From the NCBI RefSeq assembly GCF_009914755.1, contig NC_060926.1: a DNA stretch of 64,000 nucleotides; one strand, written 5' to 3'. The position numbers and the translations under genes were made by a program. How positions within the stretch are numbered: the stretch's first letter is position 1; each line of letters begins with the position of its first letter. This document shows, piece after piece, positions 54,591 to 64,000 of the stretch. The DNA comes from the human T2T-CHM13v2.0 reference genome, Homo sapiens. The notes under the pieces were generated by a model that worked only from the letters and a program-made list of their open reading frames with translations, was not told the DNA's origin and did no database searches.

Positions 54591-57014
54591 TCCAGGCTAA
54601 CAAAGAAAGAAAAAGAGGGCATAATCTCAAAGGTGTCTACTAGCAATGCCACCTCATGAAACAAAGACAAATATTTTTAGGCCTACAAAATATTCAATTA
54701 CCAGATCAAATCAAATAAAATGTCAATACTCAACAATTTGACCTAGAAAATGGCATTTTCTTATGTTTTAATTTAACTTTTTTTCAGATTTGTATTTTAG
54801 AGACAAAACAGACATTTGAGGGTATATATTTAATTCTCTTCTTTCACAGGTCATGAAACTGTGGGGGGGTGGGCGGGGAGCGGAAAGTGTTGTCCAAGTC
54901 AAAAAGCTAGTGAATCAGAGAAAGTAGAAAACAGATATTGTGCACAAATTCAATTAAGGGTCTCCTTTCTTTAGTTATCAGTAATATAAAGGAAGACTTA
55001 GATTCAGATTTTAAAAACCAAATATAATAGAATTGCTATAACTTACAAAACCCATTACTTTTCTCCAAATTTTCATGAATACAGTAAACAGTCTGACTCT
55101 TAGATTCAGTGCTCAAAGCTAGGGAAAAAGAAATTGAACAAAAACATAATATGCATGTTATAGGATGCTAAAGAAGAAGTTTCGCAAATGCTGTGACTGT
55201 CCTCTACTTGCTTACAGTGTATATAAATCCCAAATGGAAAGTAAAAGCATGAGCCATAGAAATACCATTGATTAAGATCATAGTTTAAATGCTGTTCTTT
55301 CAGTAGCTGCATGCACAATGACTCAAAACTTTGAAATTTATAAATAAATTCAAATGCAAATATAGAGCCATACTAATATGAACTATTGTGCTGTGTGGTA
55401 TAGAATATTATAGCCTGTTTATGTGAGAAGAAAGGGAAATTGATGAACAGCTAGCCAGACTGTTGTTTTTTTTGTGAAAAAAGTTGAGTTGCTAACTACA
55501 GACCCACATTGTAGCTATATCTGATTATTTTTAATTTTTCAAATATGCTTATATCTAAGTTAATGTTTCATAATATTAACATAATTAATTTTAATGAGTA
55601 GAATTGGCTTTTCTCAACAAATCTTCTTTCCTTTAGCAAATCCTAAGACCTTTCCACTATTAGAAAAGTTTTTTAAGTTTCCTTTTTAACTAACTAGCTA
55701 ATCAATTGATTAATTAATTCCACAATAGTTTACGAAACAGCAAGTGGAGTAAGCATTTGGGTGGGATATTGGCAATGGAAAGGTGAATAAGGGGGCTGGA
55801 TCCCGGCTTCCTACAGGTCCACAGATAGTCTTGGGCTACACTGATAATATTGTTGTTTGTAATATACTGGTTCTCATTCTCATTAGAAAGGTAATAAGCT
55901 AGGCAGATGCTAATGCCTATATTAAAAAGTGTTACTTTATTCATCTTTGAAGTATTATCCTTCAGTGATACATATGATTAATAACATTAACTCATGTTAT
56001 GAATAAGTAATCAAGAAACTATTTTAAAGAGCAGCAAAATCAGCAAAATAGAGGTTATCTTAAAAACCAGTTCATGTCTAAAAGACCAGCATTTAGGAAT
56101 ATTTATAGACTTGAATAAATTAAGTTTCTTATAAACTAAGGCTAGAGCCTTCTGGTTGCTAAAATTTAGTGTTCCTTCTAGTACATTATGTCATATAACT
56201 TTCATTTTCTATTATGTGTTCTGATATTTACAAAATAAACTTTTAGAAAATTATTTAAATTAAATTATAAGTTAATTTTAGAATTCTGTGAATGCTAATT
56301 TTAGGCCATCAGGAAAATGCAAGCTGAATGGAAAGATAATAAATAAATAAAATAAACTCACATATTAAACTGATTAATTCAATAATTTTATTTATTTATT
56401 TATTTTTGCTTTTGGCTGAGTTATGTCAAGTAAAAATTTTAGAAGAATGTCCGGACTGTATAACTCCTGAGCCTCATATATTTGAAAATGTCATTGCCTT
56501 GCCTTAGGTCAACTACATGCTGTGTAGCTAAAGAATTCTCAGTTTATACCATCAACTGTAGATTTTCTTGTTCTTAGTCATTATCAATGTTTTTTTCTCA
56601 TACATGGTGATATCAATCATTTGTATTGTTGGATTCAAATCCTCAATAAACTTTTATCTTATTCAAATTCTTCATGAATCTTCTGTATGACTATCTTCAT
56701 TATTATAGTTTTCTTAGGCTTTCTTATTTTCTTGATTTGTTATTTATAGCACTGATTATGATGATAATCATGATATAATGATAATCAATATTATAATTCA
56801 TGTGATAAATACTATTAAGCTATTTATTACTATTAAAACACTGAAAGCACCTCCAAATTTTTAAAAACATGGCCAAAGAAATGTTGATCCTTACATGAGC
56901 ATATATATATATACTATTAATAGGGTGTATATATTATTATGAGTTTCATTTGTATTATACATTTACATGAGTACATATATACATGAGTATATATATACTC
57001 TTTAGAGTATATAT

Positions 57015-57071
57015 AAGCTTTTTAGAAATTTGATCCAACGGGTCGGTGGTACAAGATACCAGCAACTGTTA
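57015..57071 (+). repeat. 57-bp dispersed direct repeat, copy 1 (copy 2 at 58341-58397)
   Basis: Ungapped alignment, 52/57 identical. Confidence 0.95.
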
Positions 57072-58340
57072 TATATATTCATATACTAGAGTTTTGAACA
57101 TTTGATTAACAGAAAAATTTTCCTGGTACAATGTCAAAAGATATAAATATATATATACAATATGATTACAAGTATAAACGTGTATATATATTCATATATA
57201 TTTTCTCTATATACATTGTAATTATTTGTAAAGATATTCTTCGCATGAATGAAAATACTGAATTCAAACACACCAAACACACACACTTGTCCATTATCCC
57301 AAGGACGTGTGGGAAGGAGAGGTTCTAACAGGTGACATACTTTTCTCTCTTTAATTGTTACTATATTATTTATAATGAGCACATGCCTCTTGCTTATATT
57401 GAAATGGTATTAATAAAAAGCAAATCTATATTATAACTATTAAAAAAAACCTTTAACTATGGGGTAAGTGACATTTGTCAAAGAAAGAAAATATCCAATA
57501 GAAAAAAACAAACGCAAATGCTTTTAAAACCACAGCAAAGTAACACTTTTCCAAGAAGGATACAATTTTTGAGAAGTCACTGTGTAATCAGATTAACTTC
57601 TGTATACACTGGGAGAAGGGAGGTATATGTTAAGTGAACTCCCCTCCTTATATAACAGTCATGGCCAATTATGACACTGAAATAGCATTTTATTTTAAAT
57701 GATTTATCAATTTCACTGTAAGCATTCACAATTATTCCCTTACATTATTGTACATTTTAATCAAGAGTGCATATTTAACTCCAACATTCTTTTGTCTAGT
57801 AGGGTTACTGTTATTCTTTCAGCTGGAGTTATTGCTTCTGTTTTTTAGAAGGTCTGGTATTCCCCAAACAGCAGTAAAGTGAGCAGGATATCTGCCTTCT
57901 ACAGAAATGTTTTTCATTCATAGGACTTCATGCTCAAGTTCAGGGCAGTTTCATTTATGGGAAAAATTATTTTTATTGTTGTTCTGAATCACTTAGTGTT
58001 TATTCAAAATTTCCCTAAATCTCAGAATATTCTTGATATTTATGACTTTGGAGCATAATGAAATTATTCCCATGGTCCAGGAAAACCACTAGACTAATAA
58101 TAGAATGCTGTGTTTGTGTGCTGATGAGCTCTGTGTCCCCAGAAGCTTAATTTGGTGTAGTCATTTATTATAACTTAACAGAAACATTGATATAGGTTTC
58201 TTGACTCAATAAAGGAAGCCACAGTTATTGGAATATACAGTGGGAATGTAATATTTTCAATATATATTGAAAATATACAGTGGGAATGTATTAATTTTTG
58301 CACATGAATGTCTTCTTTAGGTTTAATAAAGTTGCTCTAA

Positions 58341-58397
58341 AAGCTCTTTAGAAATATGATGCAACGGGTTGGTGGTACAAGTTACCAGCAACTGTTA
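58341..58397 (+). repeat. 57-bp dispersed direct repeat, copy 2
   Basis: AAGCTCTTTAGAAATATGATGCAACGGGTTGGTGGTACAAGTTACCAGCAACTGTTA. Confidence 0.95.
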
Positions 58398-58784
58398 GCT
58401 TGTGGTTGCTCAACACATACAATATAACAGCAGAATATTTGTAGCATCATATTACCACATGAGGGTGCTATCTCCCCAAAAATGTTATCTGTAAAGTGAG
58501 CCGACCACCGCTAGGAAAGATTGTTTTGCTATTTTTTTCCGTATACATTTTGGAAGACAAGAAATGATTTGTTAGAATAAACACATTCTGTAGGAAAAAA
58601 ATAAATAAAATAAAAGTCTCAGCCTTAACACCAAAGGACTAATACTCTTTCTATAACTATATAGTATGAATCAGGCATACAAAAGATACCTTTGATTTAA
58701 AAATATGGATCTACATGAAGGTTTATAAGTGTTAGGCAAAGCGTGATCCATGGACGACCTATACTGTAGTAGTAGAGAGACATT

Positions 58785-58930
58785 AGAGGTTCACGCTCAT
58801 TAAATAAGCATACCTCTGTGCCTTACTCTGACCTACAAAATCAGAATATCTACAGGTCAGCCCCAGTAATCTTCATTTTTATGTTGCTCCTCAGGTAATT
58901 CTCATGCGTTTTAACATTTAAGAAGCACTG
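58785..58930. mobile_element. MER5-type hAT-Charlie MITE
   Basis: GACCTACAAAATCAGAATATCT..CCTCAGGTAATTCTCATGC..TTTAAGAAGCACTG. Confidence 0.75.
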
Positions 58931-59164
58931 GTATGAAGTCATTTTAAAATTGTTATTCTTGTAAACATTGACCCACTTGAATGTTTAAACCCAATAAACT
59001 AGGTGATTCTTTGACAACCATGTCATCAACTTTTGCAAGCAGTTCAATCATAAGGGAATCTTTTCTAAAGTACAACTGAAAATTCTCACCTAACATTCTT
59101 ACATGTTTTGCGGAGAAAATAAATGTAACATCTGCTCTCTGAGACAATAGAGAATTTTACTCAC

Positions 59165-59331
59165 CTTGCCAGCTCATTGACTTTTTGTTATCACTTTCCC
59201 TTTGACCTAGTTCAGTAAACAAAAGATAACCCCATGTTTCAACAAGTGAACTTCACACTTGATGCTTTGTCATTTCCAGAAAATTGCACGAATTTGGAAA
59301 AGTTTAAGAACTTATACAATAGAAATATGTC
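59165..59331 (-). other. Candidate non-coding/UTR exon of a minus-strand transcript (167 nt)
   Basis: Acceptor TTCTATTTTACAG|G and donor AAG|GTGAGT. All three frames contain stops. Confidence 0.35.
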
Positions 59332-60429
59332 CTGTAAAATAGAACTGTAATTATAATTATATATTCTGTAGAAAATGATTTATACTCGAGAAAATTTAAA
59401 ACTTAGGTTTAGCAGTAAGTAATGTCTGGTAAAAATATTTAACAGCATACCTAGATTTGATCTTAAAAGCCCAAAGTTATGCTTATTATCCAAAGACTTT
59501 TGTGGATGAAATTTTATTTCCCTACAAAAGAGAAAATAAGGCAAGAGAACAGGTTGTAGTAGCTGAACTCTGAGCTTAGGCAAAGGTTGATATTACAAGA
59601 TGAGTTTTGTATGCAATGAGGTGGTCTCCAGGGTCCATTTAATGTCCATATCAATAAAACTGGCATATACATGCATATATATGTAGATACACATAAATCT
59701 AATCTCATATATAGATATATATACTTAGACATATGGCTGTTCATTTAGCCTTATTTGTACATAGATATATGCCTATTAATAGAAAACAAATATGCAACGT
59801 AAGACTTCAAGTGGGATGTACAAGCCTCACCTCCCATCCAATGCACATCTCATTTGATAATTTTCTACACAGTTAACCATCTGCCTTCTACTTCAGCTCT
59901 CCCTGGAAAAGGAAGCTTCCTACTATTATAGACCATACAGTTAAAAATATTAATTGTATAGAATATTGAAGACAACTTTTCAAATGTTGAACCTGCATCA
60001 GCATTTTTCACCTATTGTTACTATTCTTTCTGAATCTACTCATTATAAGATTAATTCATTTTTAACACCTCAAACATGTGAAGTATATTAATTTAATTCA
60101 ACTTTTCCAATTTCCTACTCTATTATATCTATGATCTCTAAATTATTTTTGAAAACTTTTAAACATTCTCTTCAGAATCTTCTTGATACACAGATGTTTT
60201 TCAAGTGTCCTCTTCAAAGGCGTGAATGCAAAATGAAAAGTTTGTGCTGGTGCAGGAAACAGAGGGTTTTTATATTTCTTTTTCTGGACCCCATTCCTAT
60301 AAACTTGGATGTTTTTCTTTTTTAGAGGCCTCACAATTATGAACATTTTACCTGGTTATGTTATACTCTACATCCGTTTCACAGTACCTTTATTTACTCA
60401 TCCTTTAATTTGTTCCCATAACGATGCTT

Positions 60430-61670
60430 TTATTCAGAAATAATTACTGCACACCTACTATATGCCAACACTATTCTCAGAGTGAGGGACAGAACAGTGA
60501 ACAAAACAGGAAGAAGTCCTTGTCATTATGGAATTTATGTCAGGGGAAATAAAGATAATAAAATATATAAATTATATTTTAGTTCAGAGGGTAATATATG
60601 TCATGGAGAAAAGTTAAGTATGGAAGCAAGTTTTCATTAGGTGGAATAGAAATTTTAAATAAAGGAATTGAGACCGTTTCACTTAGAGAGTCATATCCGA
60701 ATAAAAAATTGAAGGATATAAAGGAGTGAGCCACAAAGAGATCTCAGAGAAAAGCATTATAGGCAACATGCAGATGGCTGAGGCAAGATCAGGTCTGGAA
60801 CAGGCCTGGAATAGAAGGGGTCACTGTGGCAGCAGAAATTACATTAGGTCAGAAATGGAATGCAGTAGTAGCGACTTGAAGAATATTGTAAAGAGACGAT
60901 AGGAGTACATCCTGAGTGAGAAGGTACACCATTAGAAGATTGTGGGCTGAGAAGTAATATCTATTTAAATGTAAGATAGATTATTGAACTATAGCATTCA
61001 AAGTACATTGAATGCTGCAAGGGTGGACACAGGAAAACAGTTGCGAGGCTACTGCAATATCCAGGTGAGAGATGAGGGTAGAGCTGATCAGAGTGCCAGT
61101 ATTGGGGATGTTGAAAACCTAGGAATCAGAAATCTTCAGGTAATTTTCTGACTAATTAGATTTGAGGTGTTAGAAAACGTGAGGAATCAAGGATGACTCC
61201 AATTTTTTTTGTCCTGAACTGCAGGAAGAATGGAAGTACCATTAACTAAGGTGAGAAAACTAAAGTTAGTTAAGTTTTGAAGAGAAATTTAGGAATTCAG
61301 TCAGGTTAAGTATGAGAAATCTAGTGGAAATTCAAGTGGAGAACTCATATCCCAGTAGGCTGCTGAATATATTAACCCAGAGTTCAGAGACAGGTGTAGG
61401 CTTGAGACTTAAAAATGGAGAAGTTCCCATACATAAAGGAACCAATGCTATGAATCAGAACTCACTCACAAAAGGAAGGAGTGGAGATGAAAACGGAGGT
61501 ACAGAAACTGAGGCTCTCCAATTTTCAGAGGTACAGGAGATGAGGGTGAACTAACTAGTAACAGAGGTTGAGAAATGGTCTGTAGAGCAGGAGGAAAATC
61601 AGGAGAGTGCTATTTCCTGAAGGCAAGTGAAGAACACATTTCAAGGAGGAGATGTACTATCAAAGCTGGT
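60430..61670 (-). mobile_element. L2 (L2a-like) LINE fragment
   Basis: CACCTACTATATGCCAACACTATTCT..GGCTACTGCAATATCCAGGTGAGAGATGAGG..GAATCAAGGATGACTCC. Confidence 0.88.
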
Positions 61671-61779
61671 TTTATTTCAGGCTGAATAGCACGGATTACT
61701 GTTAATCATCTTGTTCAATTCTACCCAGAATTCTAGGCTGTCAAGTTAGTTTGAATCTTGAGTCTGCAATTCACAACTT

Positions 61780-62160
61780 TTCAAGGAATACAAGTTCTTG
61801 TTCTTTTTTTTTTTTTAAGAAAATTCTCCATTAAGCATCATCTTTAAAATTAAAAAAATCCTCTTAACTCATATCTTTAGTTTTTTTTACATCAAATCTG
61901 TTCAAATTTTAACTTCGACAGTGCATATATTAACTTTTTCTCCCAGCTTTGTGTCACCTGATAATTTGATAAGCTTGCCTTCTATGAATTCATTCATTCA
62001 AGTCATTGAGAAAAATATAGAACATGACATAGCTCAACATATAATCTGATTTTATAGAATGCTGTAACTTCCCATCTATTTAGTGAATATATTTTAAGTA
62101 AAGTTATTTACTTAGCTATACATCCACCTAATTGTTCTAAATGTTGCATTCAAGGCTATT
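61780..62160 (-). mobile_element. L3/CR1 LINE reverse-transcriptase remnant
   Basis: Minus strand of about 61930-62025 gives FYIFLNDL ... LIKLSGDTKLGEKVN, matching CR1 RT LFNIFINDL ... LIKFADDTKLG. Confidence 0.75.
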
Positions 62161-62216
62161 CCTCTTCAGCAGTAAAAGTCTAAATGTCAATTTTTTAGCT
62201 TTAAGAGGCCTTGAAT

Positions 62217-62540
<324 letters not shown>

Positions 62541-62882
62541 TCACTGAGGCAAATCTCCAACAGGGAAGATAACAGATAATAACATACCCTGAAGGTCTTC
62601 ATCACATTTTTTGATACAGTGGTCTAATTAATAGATATTTTGCCATTATTTGCTTTCTCATAAACTGGCCCATTATGCAATTGTTTTCTGAAGTGTTCCT
62701 AAGCTATTGGTTTTTGGAGCCATCATATAATAATGCCTACCCAGAGATTAGTAAGTGTCCTCATCTCTAGTTATTATAATTTTTCTTTTGTTTTTGCACA
62801 TTATTTATTTTACTTTATTCTTATAATTTCACCTTTTATTTTACCCAGGCAACAAACGTGCACCTGCACCCTCTGAATCTAA

Positions 62883-63289
<407 letters not shown>

Positions 63290-63504
63290 TAAATTGATTT
63301 AAGAAGATTTAAATGATCTGTTTAAATACTTCATCCTTTCTGTGCTTCAGCCAGTGAGTGCCAGTTGTTTGTTTGTGCTTTAGAATTTCCCATTTGAAGT
63401 CTATCATTTTAGGACTTTTCTTTTGTAATTGTCACTTGTAAAGATTTTACTAACTATACAAGTTTGTTCACTACAACTTTTTGCAATTATGAAAATGTTC
63501 TCCA

Positions 63505-63617
63505 TGTGCATGTGACATGCAACTAGATATGCAGCTAATGTAACTCCAGAATTAAATTTTTATTTAATTTTAATGAATTTAAGTAGCCCATCTAGTGGCT
63601 ACCACACTGAACAGCAG
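63505..63617. mobile_element. MER3/MER33-like DNA transposon remnant
   Basis: AATTAAATTTTTATTTAATTTTAAT..TAGCCCATCTAGTGGCTACCACACTGAACAGC. Confidence 0.65.
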
Positions 63618-64000
63618 GGATTTTAGCTATCTTATTCTAGCTCTGAATGTAGTTCGATCTGTCCCATAGGTTAGTTCTGGAAATTTCTAAGGACAGGGAT
63701 CTTTGTGAGCTTGAGACATGATCTACAAAGCCAGCAGCTAAAGGTCATAGACAGATTATATAAATGAGTAAAGAAGATCAGTGGGTACTGTGGGGACTAG
63801 AATTCTATATAACCATTCTGTAAAGGTATCTACCTCAACAAAAAGGGCCAGCCAATCCTGCCAGTTGTAGTCATCCTAAGATGCAAAACCAAAATTGCTA
63901 GACCTTCTAATTTTTAAGTAAAATTTCCCATCGCTTAAGTGTCAATAACAATTGCAAATATTAGTAAGTATTGCACATGTCAAGTAAGACATGTCTAGAA

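Noticed and set aside
58455-58470. CTCF-like motif CCACATGAGGGTGCTA
   Set aside because: Three mismatches at informative core positions; not supportable without ChIP data.

Overview
AT-rich primate (human-like) genomic DNA dominated by interspersed repeats, consistent with a large intron or intergenic region. I found no credible protein-coding gene: the ORF-track entries are Alu, L1 or LTR read-through, or short AT-rich noise. Main architecture: (1) a nested hAT-Charlie > Alu > LTR1-type stack at about 1.9-4.1 kb; (2) a minus-strand MER4-group ERV1 remnant (MER93-like 3' LTR, PPT and internal sequence, 12.5-18.1 kb) carrying a rearranged local duplication; (3) a plus-strand ERVL provirus bounded by two LTR40-like LTRs (20.4-33.6 kb), with recognisable RNase H and integrase fossils, apparently lacking the RT core, and split by a near full-length L1MA1/2; (4) adjacent MER52-like and MER83-like solo LTRs (44.2-46.5 kb); (5) L1MC/L1ME, L2, CR1, MIR, MaLR elements and about 17 Alus. 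The most unusual signals are three local templated-insertion or fold-back scars (14.66-15.82 kb, 19.94-19.99 kb, 57.0/58.3 kb) and a few candidate non-coding exons and promoter motifs. Repeat family names come from recalled consensus sequences, not a database search. I do not see evidence for a new biological system.
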